Shown: one piece after another, positions 25,065-38,783 of the stretch
How positions within the stretch are numbered: the stretch's first letter is position 1
How the letters are laid out: every line of letters starts with the position of its first letter
Source: Octopus vulgaris
Taxonomy: Eukaryota
DNA length: 64,000 nt
Reading direction: 5' to 3'
NCBI GenBank assembly: GCA_951406725.2
Contig: OX597822.1
Location: 71,610,001 to 71,674,000, forward strand
Notes under the pieces: generated by a model
Told to the model about the DNA's origin: nothing
The model's input: the letters and a program-made list of their open reading frames with translations, nothing else
The model's database searches: none
Position numbers and translations under genes: made by a program

Positions 25065-25354
25065 TATGTATATGTAATATACATATATGTGTGTGTGCAT
25101 ATATATGTGTGTGTGTGTGTGTGTATATATATATACACACACATACACACGTATATATACATACACAGATACACATATATGTATGTATATGTATGTATTT
25201 GTCAAGAAAGCAAGAGAGAGAGAGAGAGAAGGTGAGGTTGAATATATTTCTATATATAAAATATATTATTGTTAAACTCTGTGTGAAAATCATATTTCTG
25301 AAATTATTTGTGTCTTTGTCATACACACACACACACAGACACAACCATAAGCCC

Positions 25355-25394
<40 letters not shown>

Positions 25395-26327
25395 ACCACA
25401 AGCCCCCTCTTACACACACACACATTCATGCATAAACATTGCTTTCTGTGCTTATCCTCCACATAATCCAATTTTTATATTTTGAGCTACAGTGCAAAAC
25501 ATGTAATATCACATAGACAAGCTACTTTTGAACTTGCTCGTATTTTTATTCTGTTCTTTTATTATTCTCATCTGACTGATTCTCACATTAACATTATATA
25601 TTTTTTCGTTATTTTTACCATAAGCAATCATCCATGTCCTTCTCTGTATTAACTCCAAGTTCCTCTACAGAACCTAAGGTGCTTTCATGATTGATATCCT
25701 GTCACAGGTGCAGTAGTACTATGTCTAAGGTTAAAAAAAATAAGAAGGTGATAAAAGGATACCTTAATTGTTAATGGTATATTTTGCTTGGTTAAGAATA
25801 TACTGTTATACACTACAAGCCGGTAGTTCTTAATCTTTTTGACTTCATGACACACTAGAGATCAAATAAACTATTTACTAGCACACTAGCTGGTAGAGAA
25901 AGTTTAAAAAATAGCCAACTAAAAAGAAACCGAAAAAATAAACAAAATCAATGACAAACTAGCAGAATCGTTACAATGTTGGACAGAATGCTTTTATATT
26001 CTATCTTCTTCTTGTAATGGTCATTGGACTACAGCTGTGCAGGGGCAGCATCTTGAAGGGTTTTAGGAGAAATAAATTGACTTCTGTGCTTAGTTTCTAG
26101 GTCTGGTACTTATGCTAACAGCTTCTTTTGCCAAATCAGTAAGTTATGGGGATGTAAACAAACCAGTACAGAATGCCAAGCTATGAAAGGGGGTAGGGGT
26201 GTCAAACACAGACACAAATACACATATACACACATATACACAAGCACACACTCACACACACACATACACGTGTGTGTGAGTGTGTATGTGTGTGTGTCTG
26301 TGTATGTATATATTTTCAATATATATA

Positions 26328-26740
26328 GGCATAGGAGTGGCTGTGTGGTAAGTAGCTTGCTTACCAACCACATGGTTCCGGGTTCAGTCCCACTGCATGG
26401 CACCTTGGGCAAGTGTCTTCTACTATAGGCTCGGGCTGACCAAAGCCTTGTGAGTGGATTTGGTAGATGGAAACTGAAAGAAGCCTGCTGTATATATGTA
26501 ATTATATATATGTGTGTGTGTATATGTTTGTGTGTCTGTGTTTGTCCCCTCAACATTGCTTGACAACCGATGCTAGTGTATTTGCATCCCTGTAACCTAG
26601 CGGTTCGGCAAGAGAGATTGATAGAATAACTACTAGGCTTACAAAGAATAAGTCCTGGGGTTGATTTGCTCGACTAAAAGTGGTGCTCTAGCATGGCCAC
26701 AGTCATATGACTGAAGCAAATAAAAGAATAAAAGAAAAGA
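26328..26740 (+). mobile_element. SINE family A, full length
   Basis: ggcataggagtggctgtgtggtaag...ggttcagtccc...gcatggccacagtc...taaaagaa. Confidence 0.85.
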
Positions 26741-28159
26741 ATACATATAAATAATGTTTGAGTGTGGTCAATACCAGTCCAGCCTGACTGGCCCATGTGC
26801 TGGTGGCATGTAAAAAGCACCCACTAAACTCTCAGAGTTGTTGGCATTAGGAACAGCATGACACTGTAAAAACCTTGCCAGATCAGACTGGAGCCTGGTG
26901 CAACCTCCTAGCTTACCAATTCTCAGTCAAACTGTCCAACCCATGACAGTATGGAAAGTGGACATTAAACGATGATGATCATGATGATGGTGAATATATA
27001 TATATATAATAGAAATATGTTACAAAAAGAAAATAGAAACTACACGTGGAAATGTAAGGGGAAAGTAAGAAGAAAAATAAGTGAAAATGCACATTTTCAA
27101 ATAAAGTAAAGGCTTTTTATGAAAAGTAACGATAGATATATATAATTAGTTGAACTGGGGTAGGAATAAAAGTAATTAAAGTCATTATTGTGAATTGCTA
27201 AAGAGATTCAAAAGCATACCAGCTTGATGAATTTACTAATCATTGCTTTGAATGCACACCGATTAATGAACTATATATATATATATAGTTATGGCATATT
27301 CTGTTAAGAACGTAATACAGTACAGTATAAAGCTCGTCTACCTTCATATTTCACCGTGTTATCCTGTAGTATTATTATACGTACTTCCAGGTTTGCAGTT
27401 GGGCATCTGTTGTGTGTGAATAGATAACTGAAAAAAATCTGGTGTCAACAAGAAGGAGTACAGCTGGACATTTATTTTCAATCACTACAATTGTTTCTAT
27501 GCAACATAGTTCTCCAGGCATGCAGGTACTGGATTATGCATCTGTTTACCTGCATTATGAGATCTAGTTGCATTTCCTCAGGTGATATGTAAATATTGTC
27601 TCCGTAATTTCAAATTCTCAGTTTCAAGAATGTCTTCTCTGTCAGTCATGGCCTGAAGTTAGTAGTAGCCACTGAGTTTATCAAAGGTGTGTTGTTGCTG
27701 AAGGACCTTTAGCAAACTGCTTTGAATGTATAGTTGTAGTGGGATGGTGATTCTACTACTGTCAGAGTGGATACAGTTTTAAAGGGACTAGCATTTAATT
27801 ACATTGTTCTGTTGATTTGTTCTTCATGGTTAATTACACATTCGATTGTCCTTAGCTTGTGAATTAGCAGGCTTGTAAGAATGTCAAACCAAATACCTTG
27901 TATATCTGTTCTGAGTTCAAATCCTATTGTGATCGACTTGAGTAGTAGACTTAATCTGTTGCCTGGCTTAACCTCAGCATTTGGCATCTTCAATGCCTTT
28001 AGCTGAGTTCGTCTCTGCTGCAATCATTTGAGCCAAGTCTCCAGTTTGAAGAATCTATTATTTCTCCCTTTCACCAGTTTTGAAGGCTCTGTAAATAGTT
28101 ATGGGTATTACATTCCTTTCTGATTAAAAAAAATTCTTGAAATGTTTTAACCTTAAAAT

Positions 28160-28670
28160 CATTGTCGTTGTCATCACTATCATCATCATCATCATCATCA
28201 ACAACAACGTCATTGTCATAGCTTTTGTCAGTGGTGGTGGCGACAGCGGCGGTGACGGTGGCGGCAGCGGCAGCAGCATTGGCGGTGGAGGTGTCGTCGT
28301 CATCGTCATCATCAGCATCATCATCATTGTCATCGTTGTCGTCGTCATCATTGTCATCATCATCATCATCATCAACATTGTTATCATCATCGTTGTCATC
28401 ATTGTCGTCGTCATCATTGTCATCATCATCGTCATCATCATCATCATCATCATCATCATCAACATTGTCATCATCATCATTGTCATCGTCGTTATCATTG
28501 TCATCATCATCTCATCACCATCAACATTGTCATTGCCATTGTCATCATCATCATCAACAAAATCGACAGTCATCGTCGTCATCCTTGTCGTCATCATCAT
28601 CATCCTCATCCTCCTCATTGACATTGATGTCGTCATCATCATCGTCGTCATCGTTGTCATCCTCATCATC
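28160..28670. repeat. Degenerate (CAT/CGT/TGT)n trinucleotide field
   Basis: Direct reading; gives poly-I/V, poly-S and poly-M ORFs. Confidence 0.9.
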
Positions 28671-29555
28671 ACTTAATATCTGTTTTCCATACTGACATGG
28701 GTTGGACTGTTTCATAGGATTCAGTGTGCTCCAGGGTCAGCTTCGGCATGGTTTCTATGGCTGGATGCCCTTCCTAATGAAAGTTTTTGATATATTTCTT
28801 TCGTTTTTGTATTTGATTTGCAAGATTCTAGATGTGAACTCATGTATTGAAACACACTTAGTTGTATCTTGGGAGGGTCATCATGCCAATATTAAACACC
28901 TGCACCAGTGCTGTTTCACTTCTCTTATTATTATTAGTCAAGTGGTTATTATTGGTGAAGTTATGAATGGCAATGAAAAACCTTTGACAAGCCCAGTTGA
29001 TTGAGTAATTATTTTGCTAATTAACTAGAAATAATAAAAGAAGTGAAATAGAACCAATGCATGTATGTGTTTATTCTTGGCATAAAGACCCTCCCAAATT
29101 GCAGCAGAATATTCTTGATAGTTGAGCTGTAAATTTTTAACAACAAAACTATAGCAATAAATTATAACTTCAAGAAATTTACTGAAATAGAAACGCTGTT
29201 TGAAGAAATCAATATTATTTTTTATAAACCATATGGAGTTAGGTATAGTTCCCACTGGAATATGAATTTTTTTATATGATTTTATATACAAACAAATAGA
29301 TGTTCCGTTGAACTCAAAAAGTGTGAGCTTTTGGTAAATTTCAACTTTGAATATAATTGTTTAAATTTGTCAAAAAAATGAATAAAGAAAATTTTTAGAA
29401 AGTGATAACTTTTTGCTGAAGTGCCAAAATAGTAAAGAAAGAAAAGGTGAGAGAAATATAATAAAAAACTTAAGTACTTGATTGTATGCGTTTTTGTATT
29501 ATCGAAATAATCAGTAATGTATGTATAAGGAAGTAAGAATATATCTTAACACATA

Positions 29556-29960
29556 GGTGCAGGAGTGACTGTGTGGTAGGTAGCTTGCTTACCGACCACA
29601 TGGTTCTGGGTTCAGTCCCACTGCATGGTAGTTTGGGCAAGTGTCTTCTACTATAGCCTTGGGCCAACCAAAGCTTTGTGAGTGGATTTGGTAGACAGAA
29701 ACTGAAAGAAGCCAGTCGTATATATATATTTATATATAAGTATATATATGTTTGTATGTCTGTGTTTTATCTCTCCCACCATCGCTTGACAACCGATGTT
29801 GGTGTGCATATGTCCCTGTAACTTAGCAGATCAGCAAAAGAGGGCAATAAAATAAATACTAGGCTTGCAAAGAATAAGTCCTGGGGTCAATTTGTTTGAG
29901 TAAAAGAGTGGTGCTCCAGCATAGCCGAAGTAAGATGATTGAAACAATTAAAAAAAAAAG
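29556..29960 (+). mobile_element. SINE family A, full length
   Basis: Homology to 26328-26740. Confidence 0.85.
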
Positions 29961-30328
29961 TGTACATACAATGGTTGCATCAGACTAACCCAGAAAATTA
30001 TAAGAAGAAACAAATACAATTAAAATCATCGATTTTATCTTTTACCTGTTTAAGTTATTGGACGGCGACCATGCTGGGGCACCACATTAAACAGTTTAGT
30101 TGAACAAATTGACATTTTTTTTACTCTTTTTACTTGTTTCAGTCATTTGACTGCAGCCATGCTGGAGCACCGCCTTTAGTTGAACAAATCAACCCCAGGA
30201 CTTATTCTTTGTAAGCGTAGTATTTATTTTTGACTTGGTCTCTTTTGCCAAACCGTTAAGTTATGGGGACGTAAACACACCAACATTGGTTGTCAAGCGA
30301 TGTTTGGGGGGACAAACACAGACACAAA

Positions 30329-30368
<40 letters not shown>

Positions 30369-30499
30369 CACACATACACACGCACACATACATACATACA
30401 TGCATATATATATATATACGACGGGCTTCTTTCATGAATGGTGCTTATTACATGCCACCATCACGAGAGTGTTTCTAAAATTTACTCAGAATTAATTAG

Positions 30500-30995
30500 T
30501 ACATTGGGCAACATTCTGTGCTTGGGGAGACCCATTAAGTCAAGTAAATCAAAATCAAATCAAATCACAATCAAATAGAAATTGTAGTTTGGCCATTACC
30601 AGTGCAGTGGTATGCAATAAGCACCATTCGTGTGTGGGTCACTGCCATATCCACCTGACTGGCTCCCCATGCTGTTGGCATGTAAAAAGCACCAACCAAA
30701 TGTGGTTGATGCGAGTGCCCCCACCCCGAATGGCTCATGTTCTTGTGGCACATAAAAAGCACAATCCAAATGTGGCCGATGCCAGTGCCACCTGACTGAC
30801 TCCCATGCTGGTGGCACATAAAATGCACCCACTACACTCTTGGTATGGCTGGTGTTAGGAAGAGCATCTTAGCTGTAGAAACATTGCCAGATCAGACTGG
30901 AACCTGGTGCAGCCATCTGGCTTGCCAGTCCCCAGTCAAACTGTCCAACCCATGCCAGCATGGAAAACGGACGTTAAACAATGATGATGATGATG
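30500..30995 (+). mobile_element. RTE LINE 3' end and UTR
   Basis: Same tandem-repeat UTR and (GAT)n tail as 17315-17780. Confidence 0.65.
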
Positions 30996-31577
30996 GTAAT
31001 CAATTCAGGATTGATGTCACGTTTTCTGACACTTTACAGTGCTTACAGTTTAAGAATGACATCAAGTAAAAGAGAAATTAAACAAAAGTATGTAAATTTA
31101 AACATGTTGGAAAAGTTAATTGACAAATAAGAACAGGGCATTAAATTAGCATGTCTTTGTGGAATTTATGCTGGAAAGAAACAACTTTCTGATATATGCA
31201 AATCCAAGACTGATTTAAGGCATTTTCTATCTTTTACTTGTGGCTCAGTACTTATTTTTTTACGCAAACCAATAACAGTTTTCAAAGACACACACAAATA
31301 TATATATATATATATATACATACACATATCATATCACAACACACCACCCACACACCCATCCCCAAATCTCCACACCCACACATACATACATACTCTCTTA
31401 TACACACACGCACCTTCGTGTTGGGGCGAAGTCACTTGACCCTGTTATCTCCCCTACTATCCCTCTAGCGTCTAACGTCTGACCTCTGATCTCTGACTTC
31501 TGCCTGAAGTCAGAACGCCATGATAGGCCGTTAGCTCCTACACGCATTTTTTTCTCTCCTTGTTTCTTTTCTGTGTA

Positions 31578-31615
31578 TCTCTCTGTCGAAGAGTGTAGGC
31601 TCGAAACGTAAAAGA
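31578..31615 (+). ncRNA. Variant hammerhead-like motif in a PLE-like 3' fragment (about 31345-31715)
   Basis: tctct CTGTCGA a gag tgtagg ctc GAAA cg TA aaaga. Confidence 0.45.
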
Positions 31616-31726
31616 CTTGTTCTATTTCTATTCCTGAGCGCCATACTAATACATTTGTTTGTTTCTACTCCACCTGCCTTCATCTTTTGTTTATTTTCAT
31701 AAACCTTCCCGTTATATATATGTATA

Positions 31727-31795
<69 letters not shown>

Positions 31796-31799
31796 GTTG

Positions 31800-32306
31800 T
31801 CTACTCCTTATGCAGAGTTTGACCACCTCCTGTACCTACATCTTAGCACCATCATGGCATCTGACACCCACACAGATTGCACATACAAAAGCTGGAGATA
31901 AGTTCTGATCTTTGTGGATCTTAAAATGTCTTTTGAGGCCTTCATTAGATTTGCAAACCTTCTGGCATACACTGCATTCAAAGGTGTGCACAGATATATA
32001 GGCAGAATAGTTGGTGGAGGTTCGTTTTCTATGGGTTCACAAATGAGATTTGAGCCCAGCAAAAGAAAGGCATGGACTGTCACAAACTGTACACACAAAA
32101 AGGGTCATTGTCATTCACCTTCTCGATTGTAACATTCTTTCTTAGATCTCTTTTGAGTCTTACATGTGTTATCCTGGCTTCTTCAAATGCTTTCACTCCA
32201 CTTCACACTTTTGTTCGCCATCCAACTCAATCCGAAGCAAAGGTTTCTATGTCTTCTGGATCGATTCCAAGTGACTTCATGGTAGTCCTTTTGCCACCCT
32301 TAAACC
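31800..32306 (-). mobile_element. RTE LINE C-terminus with two C2H2 zinc fingers
   Basis: [39 protein letters not shown]...CTVCDSPCLSFAGLKSHL*TH...FECSVCQKVCKSNEGLKRHFKIH. Confidence 0.75.
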
Positions 32307-32343
32307 TTTATATATATACATATATATATACATATATATATAT

Positions 32344-32420
<77 letters not shown>

Positions 32421-32593
32421 TATATATATATATATATTATATGTATATATATATATTATACATATATATATATATATGATGGGCTTCTTTCAGTTTCCAT
32501 CAATGAAATCCACTCACAAGGCTTTGTTCAGCATTTGCCCAAGGTGCCATACAGTGGAACTGAACCAGAAACCATATGATTAGAGAACAAGTT

Positions 32594-32829
32594 TCTTATT
32601 TCTTTATTGCCCACAAGGGGCTAACCATAGTGGGGACAAACAAGGACAGACAAAGGGATTAAGTCGATTACATCGAAAACTAGAGCATAACTGGTACTTA
32701 ATTTATCGACCCCGAAAGGATGAAAGGCAAAGTTGACCTCGGCGGAATTTGAACTCAGAACATAACGGCAGACGAAATACCGTTAAGCATTTCGCCTGGC
32801 ATGCTAACGTTTCTGCCAGCTCGCCGCCT
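32594..32829 (-). mobile_element. SINE family B inserted into a family A SINE head
   Basis: Well-preserved family B sequence; ttctta duplicated at both flanks; family A resumes at 32830. Confidence 0.8.
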
Positions 32830-33779
32830 TCTTACCGCACAACCAAGCCTGCACAATAGTTCTTTTGTTTTTGTTTTTCAGAATTGATAGCATTAAATAA
32901 ATCTCTGTAGTGGGATGCAGAGAAGTCGGTTGGGAAAGATAAAGACATAGAAGAAGCTTTATATAAGTGGTGTGTTTAGAAGAGATCTTGCAGTGTTAAT
33001 GAATGACATTTCCAATTGAAATCTGCATGGGAAACTCTTGGGAAAACGTATGAGATTTAATGGGATTTAAGTGATGGGTAGTTGTGACATTTTAAATAAA
33101 AGCATGGCGTTGTGAACAAGAAAACCTGTGGTGAATCTATAAGTGCAGAAACCTCACTATTTGATCCATTTAGGAAATATTATAAACGAACTTATTAAAT
33201 CTGACAACCTTATTTTATCATGGATCTACAATGTCAATGAAACTAGTTTGTTCATTGTGCTGTTGTTGAAAATGCTTTGGCTTACAAGTATTAGCATAGA
33301 AATATTGGATGCATGTTAAACAATAAATGAATTTCATGTTTATCATGTGCAAATGCTGATGGTTTTGCATATCTCCTGAATGCTGTGGTAGTGGGGAAAA
33401 CAAATATATTATGAATCAGTTATCTGTGATATACACCAGCTCAAAGAAGTTCATGTTTTACTTTGGAGGTTTTTTACCTTCTTTTGTAAATGTTTCTTGA
33501 TCCTGATGTGAAGCACTTCCAGTCAGATGTTCTGAAGATTTCTCTCCATAATGGAAATGCATTGTCACTTTTTGTTGATGTTCCTGTTCACCCTTCTTCT
33601 GAGAAGTTAGTGAGCTGAGACTAAAAAATTGAATGTCGTTTTTTGCCTCCTTAAACATCTTGAGTTATTCAACTAATGGACAATGGTAAAATTGTTGCCT
33701 TGCAAGATACCAGGTAAAAGAAAATATAATAATAACAACGAAATTATTGTGTGTAGTTCTCAGGTGCACTACAACTCAT

Positions 33780-34195
33780 CGAAGGTGCATGTACAGTAAC
33801 ATAGAATTATATACAAAAGTCAGGAAAGTGAACAGTGTATGAGTCATGATATACATGTGTGCATGCATATAGAGCGAGGGACATCAGGTGTAGTGTTGGT
33901 GAATTTCAGGAAGCATGGAAGTTTTAAAGGATGCAACGTCTCAGGAACTAACAACTGATGCAGGTAGTTTGTTCCATGCTTCAGCAACTCTGAGTGTGAA
34001 AAAATGCTTCCGAAAGTCATGAAAGCTGTGCTGTTTTCTGACTTTGTAGGCATGCCCACATGTGTTAGACACATGACGCTCAAAGAGGTGCTCAATATGG
34101 TAGTTGGCATGGTGGTTAATAATTTTGTGGATGTTTAATAAGTCAGTTACCAGACGTTGGAGATTCAATTTGAAAGAAATAAGGCTCATCTTAGA
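33780..34195 (-). mobile_element. CR1/L2-like LINE 3' end
   Basis: LQRLVTDLLNIHKII...TCGHAYKV...RKHFFTLRVAEAWNKLPASVVS. Confidence 0.8.
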
Positions 34196-34479
34196 GCAGT
34201 GGTTCCTGATTGGGGTCCATATGACATTTGAGGTGTGGGGCAGTCCATGTACGATTTTATTAAAATTTATGTGCCATAAATTGGTTAAAATTCTACAATA
34301 CATAGAATATTTTAACAATTCTTTTAATGCAATTTCTAATAATATTTAATTCCAAAAATATTGCGTGATTTTTTAAGCATCAAAGGGCTATGAGGGTCCA
34401 TCCAAGTAAAATAGGAATCAAAGGGTTCCATAGGAGTGGCTGTGGGTTAAGTAGCTTGCTTACTAACCACATGGTTCCA

Positions 34480-34850
34480 TGTTGAATCTTGTCAAATGCT
34501 TTAGCAAAATCAAAGTATATGCAGTCTGTCCTTCCAACTCTGGAGATTATTGAATATAGTGTTATGGTGTTGTAATAGTTGTGTCAACCTCGTTCAGTCC
34601 AAAAACCATGTTGTGTATTATCTAAGAGATTGTTTTCCTCAAGATATACAGGTATTCTTTTTTGGACAATGTGTTCTACAATTTCAGATGTATGAGATGT
34701 GAGAGAAACAGGTCTGTCATTTTTAGCTTCAGTCCTGCTATTCCTTCTTTATGGATAGGTGTTACTGTTATTTCTTTCAATAGTTCTGAAAATATGCCGG
34801 TTTCAAGCAACTTTTGAAATAGCAGCCTTAATGGCTTGGTGAAGCTATTT
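34480..34850 (-). mobile_element. CR1-like LINE reverse transcriptase fragment
   Basis: KPLRLLFQKLLETG...VTPIHKEG...RPVSLTS...ENNLLDNTQHGF...IYFDFAKAFDKI. Confidence 0.8.
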
Positions 34851-35103
34851 TTTTTATGTATAAATTTGTATTTTCTCCGTATTTTTCTCCGTAGTTTTTT
34901 GTGCTAAGCCACTTGGTGTTAAATTAATGGTATTATTAAATTAATATCGATTTTTCACCCTCATTTATAATTATATATATATATATATATATATACATAC
35001 ATATTTATAATGAGATTAGCTCGTATACGAGTGGGTATATATTTGTAAAAAATGAAGTTCGAAAATGCTGCTATAGTAGACAAATTTTTAATTTTTATAT
35101 ATA

Positions 35104-35146
35104 CATTATAACATGTTTCGGTTCTTGAGAACCTTATCAAAAAAAG
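35104..35146 (-). ncRNA. Degenerate hammerhead motif
   Basis: Reverse complement TTGATAA ggttc tcaa gaacc GAAA catg TT ataatg; perfect helix II and palindromic helix III, core mutated. Confidence 0.35.
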
Positions 35147-35556
35147 TTATATATAAAAAAAGATAGTTCATGCTATCAAATATAAAAAATTCATTTATAA
35201 TATACAATACAGTCAGACATCAAAAGTTCATATATCGTGAAGTGAGTTCGTTCATGCTATATGTTTAGAGAGTATGATGTAGTGGTTCATAGTGGTGATA
35301 TGCATTCAATATAAAAAATAGATCAAAGTGGTGATATGCAGTCAATATAAAAAATTGGTGTTCCTGAAAGAGCGAGGAATTCATTTTAGATTTTACCTTG
35401 AGTAACTGTGATGACTTTTGGTCGGTGTTCGCTGGATCGTTCTGGCGAACCTTGTGAATTGTTTGGGTTTTATATCACCTGTTAGGTGGCTAGTCCAGCG
35501 TAACGTGACGTCATCAACGTTTTGACCAATCGTTTCTTTATATATATATATATATC

Positions 35557-35792
35557 TTGTGTCATAGCATATTCATGTTTTTGACAAATCATGGCTTGTT
35601 CCTCCTCCATTCGTTTCTGTCTCTGGCAACATCACCCAGGTCTTTCTCACTCTGCACATTCATTCTCTTCTTCATCCAGTTGAACATCTTCATTCTCTGC
35701 CTTTCTCTCGCTCTCCTTCCCTTCAGCTCAGTCTCCACTATGTAACGCTCCATTCAGTCATCCTTTCTGAGAAAATGACCAACAAATCTCCA

Positions 35793-35848
<56 letters not shown>

Positions 35849-36830
35849 GTATCCATCAACTGTCTCTTCCCTTTCATCTTCTTCAACACTTCTACATTCG
35901 TCATCCTCTGAATCCATGAGATTCTAAGCATTTTTTTATAAAACTATATTTCTGCAGCTTTGAGTCTCTTCTCCATGACTTGGCTTATCGTCCAAGACTC
36001 ACATCCATACGTTAGCACCAACCAGGTGTAGCACTTAAATAGTCTTTTCTTGACTTCCATTCCAATTCTCTTTGCACAAAAAAATACTCCTTATATCTAT
36101 AAAAGTCTTCTTTGTTAATCCAGTTCTGCACTTTAGGTCCTTATCTGACCTTCCATCTGATGTTATCCAACTTCCCAGATATATGAAACTGTCCTTCTGC
36201 TCTATCCCAGTTCCATTCTCTGTCAAGCGACATGTGGGTACCTGGGTACCTGAGCTTTCTTGGTACAAACCACTGAGAAGGTTTTCTGGCAGTTAATCGT
36301 TAAATCAAGCTTTCCACTCTCCTCAGTCAGGATATTAATCAATCCCTGACACTTCACTTCTGTGTCCGCAAACAAAGCCGTATCGTCTGCATACATCAGA
36401 TTGTTATAATTCCTTTCTCCCAGCTGTAGCCCTGCAATTGTCTTGATCTTGCTTAGAGCTTTCTCACTATATAGGTTGAATAAATCAGGTAACAAAATAC
36501 AACCCTGCCGGGTGCCTTTCTGAATGTCAATCCAGTCACCCAATTCTCCATGCACTGTGATTGCTGCTTTCTGGTCCCAATACAAATTTTGAATCATTCT
36601 TAGATTTTTCCCATCAATCTCGACTTCTTCCAAAATTCTCACCAACTCTTCAGGCTTGACACAGTCAAAAGCATTCACATAGTCAATAAAACAGGTGTAG
36701 AAGTCTTTTTGCTTCTCTATACACTTTTCTACCAATGTCCTCAAGCACAGAATTGCATTTCTTGTCCCCTTTCCTGTTTGATAGCCAAACAATCATCTGA
36801 TATTTCCCCTTATAGTACCTTTCACTCAAT
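35557..36830 (-). mobile_element. RTE-clade LINE: reverse transcriptase domain to 3' end, frameshifted
   Basis: FGYQTGKGTRNAI...FIDYVNAFD...KGTRQGCILLPDLFNLY...LMYADDTAL...FIYLGSWITSDGRS. Confidence 0.92.
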
Positions 36831-36871
36831 TCAACTCCACTATCATCATCATATATATATATATATATATA

Positions 36872-37392
36872 CTTCTCATATGCTGTGCATGAGAAGACCC
36901 GGCAAGAAAAGTGAGACCATGGCCTTTTCCAGGGGTGTAGCCAGCCCACTTATGTATACCTTTCCTTCTTTGGACACAAAACTCTACTTGCGAAGACCTG
37001 TTGGGGCAAGTGAAATCGAACCAAATTCGATGACTAGTACCCATGCCAACCTTCCTTCATTGGACACTAAACTAAATTGAACCAAATTCGATGACTGGCA
37101 CAGGTGCCAGTGGAGTGTTAACAGCTCCATCTGAGCGGGATCACTGCCAGAGCAGCTGTCTGGCTTCCATGCCGGTGGCATGTAAAAAGCACCATTTGAG
37201 TGTGATCATTACCAGTGTCGCCGTACTGGCACTTGTGCCGGTGGCATGTGAACAAAACATTCGAGCGAGATTGTTGCCAGTACTGTTGTACTGACTCCTG
37301 TGCAGGTGGCACGTAAAAAACACCATTTGAGCATGGCCGTTGCCAGACCGCCAGACTGGCCCTCATGCCGGTGGCACGTAAAAGTACCCACT
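36872..37392 (+). mobile_element. RTE LINE ORF end and repeat-containing 3' UTR
   Basis: YAVHEKTRQ ORF end, then ggacacaaaactctacttg and gccggtggcacgtaaaaagcacc repeats. Confidence 0.65.
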
Positions 37393-37994
37393 AAATATTA
37401 GACTTTTAAAGTAAGTATTGGGGGGTCGATCTTTTCAACTAAATACTCCAAGGTTGTGCTCCAGTATGGCCACAGCCCAACAACTGAGACAAGTTAAAAA
37501 AAAAAAGAGATAGCATGGTCTGAAATTAAGAATCTCATGGTCGTCCACTACATAATGGACATTTTTTTGTCCCTGAGACTGCCCCCCACCTGCCCACCTT
37601 ACTATAACCATTTTCGACAATTTAGAGTGATTACAATCAAGAAACAACAGAACAGTAAACCACTGAACTAAGATGCTTCCTTAAGTTAATTTACCTAATT
37701 CTTATTTCACCTGCTACAGCCTATATATCACAAATGGCTTCAAGCAAACAAGCGACACAGATACTTTCATTTGCACACATTTTCGGTGACTCTGAAGAAG
37801 ATGGATTTCATTTCCACCTTCAGAGACTGAATAAAGAATATGGCGCTATTACTACAACAGAAGCAAAATACTCTCCAATTATACTGTCAAAAAGATAAAT
37901 AAGACTGTCATATCTTCCATTGTAATTTAATCAGTGTGTTAGTTTCATGTAAAAAATGTCTGTGTTAGGATAATTCTTGATATTCTATTATTCT

Positions 37995-38280
37995 TGTATT
38001 CTTTTGTTCTTTTACTTGTCTCAGTCATTTTGACTGTGGCCACCCCCAGGACTTATTCTTTGTAAGCCTAGTACTTATTCTATCGATCTCTTTTGCTGAA
38101 CTGCTAAGTTACGGGGATGTAATCACACCAACATCAGTTGTCAAGCGTGTGTGTGTTTGTCCCCCCAACATCGGTTGTCAAGCGATGTTGGGGGGACAAG
38201 CACACACACGCTTACACACATATACATATATATACATACACACATATATATACACACATACACACACACACACATACACA

Positions 38281-38313
<33 letters not shown>

Positions 38314-38477
38314 CATATATGACAGGCTTCTTTCAGTTTTCTTCTACTGAATCCACTCACAAGGCTTTGGTTGGCCTGAGGCTATAGTAGAAAAAACTAG
38401 GCCAAGGTGCCATGTAGTGGGACTGAACCCAAAACCATGTGGTTGGTAAGCAAGCTACTTACCACACAGACACTCCT
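37995..38477 (-). mobile_element. SINE family A
   Basis: Homology to the other copies. Confidence 0.8.
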
Positions 38478-38783
38478 ATATACTTCTTTTTCTTTTATTT
38501 GTTTCAGTCATTTGACTGCGGCCATGCTGACCTTTAGTCAAGCAAATCAACCCCAGGACTTATTCTTTGTAAGCCTAGTACCTATTCTATTGGTTTCTTT
38601 TGCTGAACCACTAAGTTATGGGGACATAAACACACCAAAGCTGGTTGGAACCACTTGAATACTCCAGATGGTGTTCAAAAAATAAGAGGTGTTACTTAAG
38701 TTCACTGGTTGTGAACAGCTGGCACTGTAGTACATCTCTAGTTTTAGAAGCTGTGCAAAGTCAATAAATAATAATAAAAATAT

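Noticed and set aside
27380-28100. Coding-like minus-strand sequence
   Set aside because: Multiple stops in all frames and no recognisable motif; probably a decayed TE
28124-28695. Long ORFs (156-182 aa) in three frames
   Set aside because: Trinucleotide microsatellite lacking stops; homopolymeric products
33000-33700. Short minus-strand ORFs
   Set aside because: No motif and frequent stops; unassignable
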